Origin: an uncultured Gammaproteobacteria bacterium
Lineage (GTDB): Bacteria; Patescibacteriota; Patescibacteriia; Magasanikbacterales; GCA-002688135
Reading direction: 5' to 3'
Assembly (NCBI GenBank): GCA_964536205.1
Contig: CAZHVT010000001.1
Span: forward strand, 69,944 to 133,943
Length of the DNA stretch: 64,000 bases
This document shows, piece after piece, positions 18,916 through 27,505 of the stretch. Made by a program: the position numbers and the translations under genes. The notes under the pieces were generated by a model. The model worked only from the letters and a program-made list of their open reading frames with translations, had not been told where the DNA came from and did not search any database. Position 1 is the first letter of the stretch. Each line of letters opens with the position of its first letter.

Positions 18916-19476
18916 GTGGCAGAAGATGTTGCATTGAGGTATTATTTTTTTTGTCGATGTGCGGTGTTTGCGTTGTGGATTTTTATGGGGACTTTATTTA
19001 TCTTGTTCCTTGCTGCGTTTCAAGCTGGATTATCCGAAGAAAATCCTGAAATGTATGTTGGTTTTGGACTCGATTTTACTCAAGTTCATTCGATAGTATT
19101 CTTAATGGGATTGTCAAGTGTTCTTACAATATTGATTTGTACTCATCATGTTGTGTTCATGAAAAAAAAGGAATCATTTTTTCCGCATGGTGAGGAGTTG
19201 GAAAATTTGATGATTTTAGGAGCATCTCGTCGCATGATGTGGTTATTGATTGGGGGCTTTTGTTGTATGTTTATGACTCAAGGCTTTGCGGTTCATTTGC
19301 GACAGTTTATGTTTGGGGATACGGTTTTGGGCGATATCGAGTTCGAGTTTGTATTTCGGGTTGTTGAGCCGATGCTTGCTTTTGCAGTCTTGAGTTATAC
19401 GATGTTTATGGCTTTTGTGCATGTGAAGTTTTTTGAGCATGAGGCGTATCATGTGATGGAACAAAAAACGTCCTAG
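18916..19476 (+). CDS. Hypothetical membrane protein (ORFan cassette)
   Basis: TTGACA 18857-17bp-TATGGT, AAGGAG SD before GTG; ~4 hydrophobic segments. Confidence 0.65.
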   Translation: MAEDVALRYYFFCRCAVFALWIFMGTLFILFLAAFQAGLSEENPEMYVGFGLDFTQVHSIVFLMGLSSVLTILICTHHVVFMKKKESFFPHGEELENLMILGASRRMMWLLIGGFCCMFMTQGFAVHLRQFMFGDTVLGDIEFEFVFRVVEPMLAFAVLSYTMFMAFVHVKFFEHEAYHVMEQKTS

Positions 19477-19502
19477 CGGGTGCAGGACGTTTTTTTATTT
19501 GT

Positions 19503-20558
19503 TTAGGCTGGGGTTGGTTCAGGTTTCTTTTTTGTTTTCTTTACCACTTCTGGTTCGGCGCCCATTTCTTTTCTGACGAGTTCGTCCATAACTGCTTTTC
19601 GGATATCCATCATAACTTGCGGTGCGCCTCGTAAGAATGATTTGGTGACTTCGCGGCCGACGCCGAGTTTGAGGTCGTTGAATGAGTAGGTGTTTCCTCG
19701 TTTTGAGATGACTCCTTGCGCGACTCCTACATCGAGTGTGTCTCCTGAAACTGAAATTCCTTCGTTATACATGATATCGAACTCTGTTGTTCTAAATGGT
19801 GGAGCAACTTTATTTTTTACGATTTTCATTTTGACTCTGTTTCCTACAACCTTATCTGCTTGTTTAATTTGTGCTGATCGTCGAACTTCGACGCGAACAG
19901 AGCAGTAAAATTTTAGTGCGTTTCCACCGGTGGTTGTTTCTGGATTTCCAAATACAATACCGATTTTCATTCTTGTTTGATTGATGAAAATGACGGTTGT
20001 TTTTGTTTTGGCAACAATTCCGGTGAGTTTACGAAGTGCTTGTGACATGAGTCGAGCTTGCAATCCCATGTGTGATGCACCCATATCTCCGTCGATTTCT
20101 GCTTTGGGAACAAGAGCTGCGACTGAATCAACAACCACCACATCAACTGCATTTGAACGTACGAGTGTTTCTAAAATTTCTAATGCTTGTTCTCCGTTGT
20201 CTGGTTGTGAGATGAGCATCTCCTCAATATTCACTCCGATCATTTTTGAATATTCGGGATCGAGCGCGTGTTCTGCATCGATGAAAGCTGCAAGTCCACC
20301 TTCTTTTTGGACTTGTGCGACGGTGTGTAGGGCAAGTGAGGTTTTTCCGGATGCTTCTGGGCCGTAGATTTCGATAATTCTTCCGCGTGGGAATCCACGT
20401 CCTCCGAGTGCGATATCAACTGAAAGCGCACCTGTTGAAATTCCCTCGACTGTCATTTTTTTCGCTTCACCTAATTTCATGATTGAGCCATCTCCGAATC
20501 TTTGTCGGATTTGATCGATTGCGCTGTCGAGTACTGCCTGCTTTTCTTTGTCGGACAT
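19503..20558 (-). CDS. recA: Recombinase RecA
   Basis: [46 protein letters not shown]. Confidence 0.99.
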   Translation of the reverse strand: MSDKEKQAVLDSAIDQIRQRFGDGSIMKLGEAKKMTVEGISTGALSVDIALGGRGFPRGRIIEIYGPEASGKTSLALHTVAQVQKEGGLAAFIDAEHALDPEYSKMIGVNIEEMLISQPDNGEQALEILETLVRSNAVDVVVVDSVAALVPKAEIDGDMGASHMGLQARLMSQALRKLTGIVAKTKTTVIFINQTRMKIGIVFGNPETTTGGNALKFYCSVRVEVRRSAQIKQADKVVGNRVKMKIVKNKVAPPFRTTEFDIMYNEGISVSGDTLDVGVAQGVISKRGNTYSFNDLKLGVGREVTKSFLRGAPQVMMDIRKAVMDELVRKEMGAEPEVVKKTKKKPEPTPA

Positions 20559-20584
20559 ATGATTTTAACCTCCTAGTTAAAATA

Positions 20585-20705
20585 GTAAAGTGTAATGAGT
20601 AATGCGTAAAGCGTAAGTAAGCAGTGTCGCCGAAGGCGACGTATTAATAGATCGCCTTCGGCAATACCGTTGCCCTCATTACTCTTTACGCATTACTCTT
20701 TACGA
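20585..20705. repeat. Family B heptamer hairpin
   Basis: GTAAAGT/GTAATGA/CGTAAAG ... TTACTCT/TTACGCA with GTCGCCGAAGGCGAC core. Confidence 0.75.
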
Positions 20706-20709
20706 TGTT

Positions 20710-21375
20710 TTATAATTGTGTCGCTTCTAAATTTCGCTGTGCACTTTGTGTATCTTCCGGCATGTAGAGCACTGACCGTGTCGCATTAGCTTTTCCGCCT
20801 CGTTTTGATGTTGCTTCGATTATGATTTCATTCAATCCTCGTTTGAGATGAATGGTTTCTTCGAAATGTCCTTGTTTGTCCAGATTTGTTTTTAAGCCAT
20901 TTAATGTAACGGTTGATTCTGGTTCTGTTGATCCCGCGATGGTGATGGCACTGTGTGATGTTTCAAAATTTTCTGCAGGATCGGTTATGGTGAGTGCTGG
21001 TGGGCCGATCATGGCGTGAACTTCCATGCCGAGGTATAGCGCGAGGGAAAGCACAGCTCCGGTTGCTAATAATGTTCTCATGACATTTGGGATGGAAAAT
21101 GATCTTTGTTTTTTTCTGATTTTTGGTGCTTCGTGCTTGTGTTCAATTTGATACATAACATCCTCCAATTCGATTTCATCAATTCCACATGTGCGCGCGT
21201 ATTCTTTGACGATTGTTTTTCTGGCGCTTCCTGCTGGAAGTTTGTCGTATTCACAATTTTCAAGTGCATGAATATGGGTCAGGGCGATGCCTGAAGCCTG
21301 CGAACATTTTTTAATTGATATACCGGAGCGCTCACGAATTTGTTTGAGGCGAACGCACAGTTTATTTTTTTTCAT
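20710..21375 (-). CDS. RodZ-like HTH + TM + Ig-like protein
   Basis: N-terminal HTH (LKQIRE..IHALEN.EYDKLP), single TM, C-terminal PP.LTI..P..ITIAG.TE..VTLNG..G.F..L..G.N.I. Confidence 0.8.
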   Translation of the reverse strand: MKKNKLCVRLKQIRERSGISIKKCSQASGIALTHIHALENCEYDKLPAGSARKTIVKEYARTCGIDEIELEDVMYQIEHKHEAPKIRKKQRSFSIPNVMRTLLATGAVLSLALYLGMEVHAMIGPPALTITDPAENFETSHSAITIAGSTEPESTVTLNGLKTNLDKQGHFEETIHLKRGLNEIIIEATSKRGGKANATRSVLYMPEDTQSAQRNLEATQL

Positions 21376-21516
21376 AGCAGGAATTATCAATTTCCAAATT
21401 CCAATTTACAAACAAATTTTAAATTTCAAATCTCAAGCGTCTGGTTGCTGAGTTTAGGATTTGAATTTTAGAATTTGAACTTTGTTTGTAAATTGTTATT
21501 TGGAGTTTGGTCATTG

Positions 21517-23820
21517 TTATTGTAGCTCCTCGTAGTCTTCCTCCTCGTCGGTTTCTTCGTTTTCTTCCCATTCCTCATCATCTTCATTTTCTTCCTCTTC
21601 CTCATCTATACTATCATCAACCTCTGATGTCATCAAGATTTCTCGAGGTTTTGAGCCTTGTGATGGTCCTATGATTCCAGCCTCTTCCAGCATGTCTAAT
21701 AATCGAGCTGCGCGCGCGTATCCAACTTTCAATCTGCGTTGTAGATATGATGCAGATGCTTTGCCAGCAGCTATGACTAATTCTCGAGCTTCATGATAGA
21801 GAGGGTCGTCGGCAGTATCGACAGATTTTCCGAATAAGGTGGTTTGCTTGGAATGTTGTGTGATGGCGTCGTCATAAACTGGCACATCATCATGTTTAAT
21901 AAAGTTGATGATTTTCTTCAATTCTTCTTCTGAAATAAATGCACCTTGAATACGTCGTGGTTTTGAGATCTGCGCGTTTTGGAACAGCATATCCCCACGT
22001 CCGACGAGTTTTTCTGCGCCAGCGGAATCGAGGATGGTTCTTGAATCAACTAATGATGAAACGGAGAATGCGATGCGACCTGGAATGTTTGCTTTCAATA
22101 ATCCGGTAATGACATCAACTGATGGGCGCTGTGTTGCGAGAATTAAATGGATGCCGACGGCGCGTGCCATTTGAGCGAGACGAATAATACCACCTTCAAC
22201 TTCATTTCCGGCAGCGATCATCAAATCTGCTAACTCATCAACGACGAAAATGATGACCGGCAATGATTGGCCGCCTTTTCGTTTCATTGCTTTGTTGTAG
22301 GAAGTGATGTCTCGTTTTTTTGCTTTTGAGAGCAAGTCGAAACGACGTTCCATTTCACCGATAGTCCATTTGAGCGCATTGACTGTTTTTGAAACTTCGG
22401 TGATTACTGGAGTAAGAAGATGAGGAATTCCATTATAAAGTGGTAACTCAACTCGTTTTGGATCCACAAGAATCATTCGCAATTCTTGTGGTGAGTGCTG
22501 AAAAATTAAACTCGTGAGAATTGTATTTACACATACTGTTTTTCCAGAACCAGTTGCTCCTGCGATGAGAAGGTGAGGCATGGATGGAAGATGTGCGAAC
22601 ATTGGTTTTCCGCTGACATCTTTTCCAAGTGCGATGTGATATCTGTTTTGTACATCTTCAAAATCATCATGAGATAATAAATCGCATAATGTAACAGTTG
22701 CTGTTTTTTGATTGGGCACCTCGATTCCTACCAATGATTTTCCTGGAATAGGAGCTTCAATACGAATTGGATGTGCTGCGAGCGCGAGCGAAAGATCATT
22801 GCACAAGCCAGTAATTTTTGTGAGCTTTACTCCGTCAGATGGTCGCAGGGTGTATTGTGTGACAGTTGGGCCAACACGTGTATCTCCCATTTCAACATCA
22901 ATACCAAAATTCGCAAATGTTTTTTGGATGATGTGTGTGTTGTTTTTTATATCTCCTGCTTTGGCGGATGATGTTGATCGTTTTAAGAGTGATACTGGCG
23001 GGAATCTGTATTCTTTGATTTCAACCTCTTCAGCTTCTTCTTCATCTTGTTCTTCGTATTCTGCTGGATCTTCCTCTTCCTCTTCTTCCTCCTCCTCTTC
23101 TGGTTCGTCATCTTCCTCCTCCTCTTCTTCTTCGTTCTTGTTTTTTCCAAATGCCAAAATTCGTCTCATGAAAGGTTGTTTTTCATCGTCTTCATATTCG
23201 TAGTCGTCCTCCTCTTCTTCGTCCTCATCTTCTTCCTCTTCATTGCGTCTGCGGAATTGTGCGAGAGGACCGTTTCCTTTGTGTGGCATGAGTAGTGCGA
23301 ACAGCGATGTTTTAAAGATGAATAGTAATCCTGCTAAAAGTAGTGCTGCCCCAATCACAGCGGTTGCAACCATTCCGATGTATTGGACGGTGAATACGGT
23401 GAGATAGTGTCCGAGTAATCCTCCGCCGAATCCATCGCGTGCTGCTGTGATTGATTGATCGCCGACGAGAATTAAATGAAGAAGTGCGGCGATACCGAGA
23501 GATAATAGGAGTGCGCCAATGAGATGTGTGGCATCCAAACCTTCGTCATCATCCTCTTCCTCTTCATCGTCGTGAGCAAAATGGATTGGATCAGATTTGT
23601 ATGCAATGAGAAATAAGATAAATGGGAAAACGTATCGAAGTAATCCGATTCCTTTTGCGAGAATGAGATCCGCTGTTTCTCCGAATTGTCCTGCAAGTCC
23701 TAAAAATGACAATATAATTAGGATTCCGAGTGTTACGAATCCTAATGCGATCAGTCCTTTTTTGAGGGCTGGAGAGATTGAGCGAGGTTCTGGTTGAGAT
23801 CTTCTGCGTCTTCTTGGCAT
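21517..23820 (-). CDS. ftsK: DNA translocase FtsK/SpoIIIE
   Basis: 4TM N-domain, PHLLIAGATGSGKT, DELADLM, ATQRPSVDVITG, gamma domain LQRRLKVGYARAARL. Confidence 0.97.
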   Translation of the reverse strand: MPRRRRRSQPEPRSISPALKKGLIALGFVTLGILIILSFLGLAGQFGETADLILAKGIGLLRYVFPFILFLIAYKSDPIHFAHDDEEEEDDDEGLDATHLIGALLLSLGIAALLHLILVGDQSITAARDGFGGGLLGHYLTVFTVQYIGMVATAVIGAALLLAGLLFIFKTSLFALLMPHKGNGPLAQFRRRNEEEEDEDEEEEDDYEYEDDEKQPFMRRILAFGKNKNEEEEEEEDDEPEEEEEEEEEEDPAEYEEQDEEEAEEVEIKEYRFPPVSLLKRSTSSAKAGDIKNNTHIIQKTFANFGIDVEMGDTRVGPTVTQYTLRPSDGVKLTKITGLCNDLSLALAAHPIRIEAPIPGKSLVGIEVPNQKTATVTLCDLLSHDDFEDVQNRYHIALGKDVSGKPMFAHLPSMPHLLIAGATGSGKTVCVNTILTSLIFQHSPQELRMILVDPKRVELPLYNGIPHLLTPVITEVSKTVNALKWTIGEMERRFDLLSKAKKRDITSYNKAMKRKGGQSLPVIIFVVDELADLMIAAGNEVEGGIIRLAQMARAVGIHLILATQRPSVDVITGLLKANIPGRIAFSVSSLVDSRTILDSAGAEKLVGRGDMLFQNAQISKPRRIQGAFISEEELKKIINFIKHDDVPVYDDAITQHSKQTTLFGKSVDTADDPLYHEARELVIAAGKASASYLQRRLKVGYARAARLLDMLEEAGIIGPSQGSKPREILMTSEVDDSIDEEEEENEDDEEWEENEETDEEEDYEELQ

Positions 23821-24005
23821 AAAAGAGAAAAGTAATTGAGTGAACACTCAATTTGTTCTTTATAGTATACTCTCAATGACCGTTTATTTCCATAGGAGAT
23901 CTGTGCATGATCGTGAATTTTTTTATCCACACATTTGTGTTGACGATTTTTTCAGATTAGCGCATTATGTTTGCACGATCGTTAGGATTTATATTTAAAA
24001 ATATA

Positions 24006-24163
24006 TTTTTGTTAGTTAATTGCTGCGTGCGTGTGCAACATTACGTACAACACAGTGCCCGGCTATTCGGCAATATATCGAAAGTTCGGTACGCTGTTTG
24101 TATGTCGTTGAACATGTTTGCAGCAATTAGCCAATAAAAGAAACTGCCTACCGGCAGTTTTTT
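24006..24163 (+). ncRNA. Putative rod-shaped structured RNA plus terminator
   Basis: Nested stems GTTAATTGCTGC/GCAGCAATTAGC, CGTGT-CAAC/GTTG-ACATG, ACGTACAA-ACAGTG/CGCTGT-TTGTATGT; TTGACG promoter at 23941; terminator 24141-24163. Confidence 0.45.
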
Positions 24164-24177
24164 GTTATACTGATGTT

Positions 24178-24774
24178 ATGAAATCTTTGGCGTATACGAA
24201 GGAGAGGGAATTATCTCGGCTGGGGTTTGTTTGTGTTGCGGGGGTTGATGAGGTTGGGGCGGGGGCTTTGGCTGGGGATGTATTTGCTGCGGCGGTGGTT
24301 TTGAAGCCAGGGACTCGCTTGAAGGGGGTGCAGGATAGTAAGCGGTTATCTGCGAGTGCGCGGGAATATTGGGATGTGATTATTCGTGAGAAAGCTGTGG
24401 GGTGGGCGATGGGCCGTGCGACTCCTCAAGAGATTGATGAGATTAATATTCGGCAGGCTTCTTTTTTGGCGATGCGGCGAGCTTTATCAAAATTGGATGA
24501 TGTTGATCATGTGTTGTGTGATGGATTTATTATTCCTCAGCTTTCTGTTTCGTGTACGCGTATTATCAAGGGTGATACAAAAATAAAATCTATTGCGGCT
24601 GCGTCTATTGTTGCGAAAGTTGCGCGCGATGCGTATATGTGTGAGTTAGCAATAAAATTTCCACAGTATGGATTTGAACGTCATAAAGGATATGGTACGC
24701 TGATGCATAGAGATGCAATTGCGAAATTTGGGATGTTAGACATTCATCGAAAGACATTTTGCAGAAATATATGA
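24178..24774 (+). CDS. rnhB: Ribonuclease HII
   Basis: AGVDEVG, DSKRLS, IIKGD..SIAAASIVAKVARD, HKGYGT. Confidence 0.95.
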   Translation: MKSLAYTKERELSRLGFVCVAGVDEVGAGALAGDVFAAAVVLKPGTRLKGVQDSKRLSASAREYWDVIIREKAVGWAMGRATPQEIDEINIRQASFLAMRRALSKLDDVDHVLCDGFIIPQLSVSCTRIIKGDTKIKSIAAASIVAKVARDAYMCELAIKFPQYGFERHKGYGTLMHRDAIAKFGMLDIHRKTFCRNI

Positions 24775-25064
24775 CAGAGAAATTTGATCCAAACATTGAT
24801 ACTTCATTCGAGCAGCGAAAAAAGGAGTTGGAGGATGAAGGGTATACGTTTGTTGCTACCGAATCATTGACAACATTTAAATTTGTTGATGGGCGCTTTT
24901 TAGCAGTACCTGTTTGTACGAAAGAAGAGGTGGTGCGTAAATACGTTGATCAATGGAAAGATCGAGTTGAGATTGACGTGGTTTTGATTGATCAAGTTCT
25001 CGATCAGAAACAAGAGGCAGTGTATGTTTTTATGAGACCAAAACAGGAAAGTGAAAAGGGCTAG
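24771..25064 (+). CDS. Hypothetical protein
   Basis: Overlaps the rnhB stop (ATGA); followed by hairpin 25077-25101. Confidence 0.6.
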   Translation: MTEKFDPNIDTSFEQRKKELEDEGYTFVATESLTTFKFVDGRFLAVPVCTKEEVVRKYVDQWKDRVEIDVVLIDQVLDQKQEAVYVFMRPKQESEKG

Positions 25065-25071
25065 TTATCAC

Positions 25072-25142
25072 AAAACAAAAACCCCGCGTAAACGGAGTTT
25101 TGCTCGAATCTTAGGAAGATCCAAGATCTGCTTCAGCAAGCA
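25072..25142 (-). ncRNA. Putative small RNA antisense to the adjacent tRNA-like RNA
   Basis: TTGACA(25176-25171)-17bp-TACAGT promoter; first 23 nt complementary to 25225-25247; ends in an intrinsic terminator. Confidence 0.5.
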
Positions 25143-25192
25143 CGTAAACTGTAACTATATTTACACGACTTGTCAAGTGAGATCTATGTCCA

Positions 25193-25260
25193 TGGAGCTG
25201 CGGGGAATTGAACCCCGAAGACTCTGCTTGCTGAAGCAGGTCTCGGACCAACCCAGCCCC
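25193..25260 (-). ncRNA. tmRNA-TLD-like / tRNA-Ala mimic (68 nt, no mRNA-like domain inside)
   Basis: GGGGCTG/CAGCTCC-A acceptor with G3:U70 and A73, T-arm CGGGG-TTCAATT-CCCCG, stemless D-loop GGTTGGTCCGA, short central hairpin; TGnTAAAAT promoter just upstream. Confidence 0.7.
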
Positions 25261-25335
25261 ACGGTATTAATATTTTAACATGTTGTAACATTCAGACAAC
25301 AAAATATTTGTCAAGTGTATTGCAGCTTCATCTAT

Positions 25336-25947
25336 ATGAAAAAAATATTATTTATAGCGAGTGTTGTTTTGTTGGGAGCTGGATGTGGTGCAGAGGATCC
25401 AAATCCAAAGGTTGATGGTTATGCGCCGTCTGTTGATGAGCCGATTGAGGAAGTGGTTGAGGAGAAGACTGAAGAGGAGAAGGTTGCGCCAGAGATTGCT
25501 CCAGGGAAAGCGTCGACATTAGAAACTGATGATGGTTCTGGTATTCAGAGTTCTAAGGTTACTAAGCCGGTTGTTGAGGATGAGCCTGAAGATGAATCTG
25601 CGGATGAAGAGATTGCGCAGCCTCTGCCTCTTGTTGAGCCTCCGGTCGAACCTGCTGAAATTTCAGCTCCGGTTGTGAAATCATTTAATATTACAGCGAA
25701 GCAATGGGATTTTGTTCCGTCGACTGTTACGGTGAATAAAGGTGATACTGTTCGTATGACATTTACCAGTACTGATGTAACGCATGGTGTGAGTTTGGCG
25801 GCGTTTGGGGTGAATGAAAATTTGGTTCCTGGAAAATCTGTGACAGTTGAATTTGTTGCGGATAAAGCCGGGAATCATTCATTTATTTGTAATGTGTTTT
25901 GTGGGAGTGGACATTCTCATATGAGTGGAACATTGGTGGTTAAATAA
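25336..25947 (+). CDS. Lipoprotein with C-terminal CuA-type cupredoxin domain
   Basis: Lipobox LLGAGC, acidic linker, DVTHG and CNVFCGSGHSHM (C-x3-C-x3-H-x2-M). Confidence 0.85.
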   Translation: MKKILFIASVVLLGAGCGAEDPNPKVDGYAPSVDEPIEEVVEEKTEEEKVAPEIAPGKASTLETDDGSGIQSSKVTKPVVEDEPEDESADEEIAQPLPLVEPPVEPAEISAPVVKSFNITAKQWDFVPSTVTVNKGDTVRMTFTSTDVTHGVSLAAFGVNENLVPGKSVTVEFVADKAGNHSFICNVFCGSGHSHMSGTLVVK

Positions 25948-26071
25948 TTGAATTAAAAAACGGCTTTTGAAGGCCGTTTTTGTATTGACAGTGTTATGGT
26001 TATGTGGTACTGTCTTTTTGAGTTTCTTCGTATTGCCGCGGCTGCTGAACCAACGCATTATGGAGTAACTT

Positions 26072-26404
26072 ATGTTTATTGATCTTTACTGTGAGTGTGG
26101 AAATCCGAACTGTGAAAATACACATGTTCTTTTTCGGAAGGGTTATGTGCAGATCACAGATTTAGATGGCACGAAGCGTGAGCGTGGAGATTATTTCTAC
26201 GTTGATGCGTACAAGTGGAAGGAAGGCGATGCTGATACTACAAATGTAGAGATCATGTTGCCGCCGGAAGCTGCGCGCGCGTTGATGTGGTTTATGATTT
26301 CGACGTACATGCCAGTGCTGTCGCGACTGTATTGTTGGTGGCTTCGTGTGAGTTATCGATGGGACAGTTGGCGTTATCGGATTTTTAAACGCTTCAAAAA
26401 ATAG
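26072..26404 (+). CDS. Hypothetical protein with CECGNPNC motif (ORFan cassette)
   Basis: TTGACA 25985-17bp-TACTGT, GGAG SD, terminator 26411-26436. Confidence 0.65.
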   Translation: MFIDLYCECGNPNCENTHVLFRKGYVQITDLDGTKRERGDYFYVDAYKWKEGDADTTNVEIMLPPEAARALMWFMISTYMPVLSRLYCWWLRVSYRWDSWRYRIFKRFKK

Positions 26405-26436
26405 ATCTGGCCTCCGGCGTTTGTCGGGGGTTTTTA

Positions 26437-27348
26437 TTATAAAATTTTAGAGCGTTTGAAATAAAGGTAGACAGAGAGCCAAATTAAAAGGAGGAATGCG
26501 ATGATGTATGCGAATGATAGTGGATTGTCTTGGAATGGGAGTGCGACGTTCATTCCGTAGAGTCCAGAGATTGCAGCGGGAATAGAAATGAAGATGGTTG
26601 CGATCGTGAGAACTTTCAAAATTTTGTTGAGTCGATTTGATGAGAGGACGAGTGTGTAATTTCTGATATTTGAAATTGTTTTCAAAGATGAGCGACACAT
26701 ATCTGCGCCTTGTTTTCCTTCAATGATTAAATCTTCGATTAAATCTTCGTCGTCTTCAAAGAAGTTGAGTCGTCGCATCATTCGTTCATAGACGAGGTTC
26801 ATGTAGTGATACGAAGTAACGAATGTATTTAAGACATCTTCATATTGAAGTAAATCTGATACATGTTTTTCATCCAGGGCATCTACAAGATTTCTTTCTC
26901 CTTGCACGCTTTTCACAATGCGTCGTGTGACTTTTTCAAATTCTCGATTCACGAGAGATAATATTGAGATGAGAGATTTAAGTTTTTGGGTGGTGACCAT
27001 TTTCATTTCACCATTCATGATTTTTTTGTAGAAACGCGGTTCGATTTTGGAGATGGTGATGATGTTATTTTCTGTGAGAATGATTAATAGTGTGTTGAGG
27101 TCTCGTTCGAATTTTGGTGGCATGATATTTACATAAACGTAATGTACGCCTTCTTCTTCCTCAATACGTGGTAACTCGAATTCATCTAATCCTCCGCGCA
27201 CATTAAATTCATCGAGATTGTGTGTTTCAACGAGTTTTTTGATTTCCTCATCTGTGGGGTTGATAACTGAAATCCACGAGCCGTGTGAGGGTTCTGTTAT
27301 TTCCTTTATTTTGTTGTCGCGAATAGTGCGCTTGTAATAGGAAATCAT
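26437..27348 (-). CDS. corA: CorA-family Mg2+ transporter
   Basis: WISVINPT, NRLNKILKVLT, GLYGMNV, two C-terminal TMs. Confidence 0.92.
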   Translation of the reverse strand: MISYYKRTIRDNKIKEITEPSHGSWISVINPTDEEIKKLVETHNLDEFNVRGGLDEFELPRIEEEEGVHYVYVNIMPPKFERDLNTLLIILTENNIITISKIEPRFYKKIMNGEMKMVTTQKLKSLISILSLVNREFEKVTRRIVKSVQGERNLVDALDEKHVSDLLQYEDVLNTFVTSYHYMNLVYERMMRRLNFFEDDEDLIEDLIIEGKQGADMCRSSLKTISNIRNYTLVLSSNRLNKILKVLTIATIFISIPAAISGLYGMNVALPFQDNPLSFAYIIAFLLLIWLSVYLYFKRSKIL

Positions 27349-27505
27349 GGGTTTGGTATCTAGTATTTGGTATTTAGTATCTGGTATGCAGCTGCCTTTG
27401 AATGGCTTGATCTTAACATCGATACCTAATATACTCAACACTAACCACGTAATCACGAAGTGATATACTAAATACTAGATACCAAATACCATATACCAAT
27501 TTTTT

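Noticed and set aside
23924-23932. oriC suggested by DnaA boxes (TTATCCACA here, TGTGGATAA near 40298)
   Set aside because: These are isolated single boxes with no cluster, no dnaA or dnaN, and no visible skew switch.
25193-25260. Ordinary tRNA-Ala(AGC) or tRNA-Sec/opal suppressor (TCA)
   Set aside because: There is no D-stem and the central loop is 6 or 8 nt, so neither triplet sits in a canonical 7-nt anticodon loop; there is also no long variable arm.
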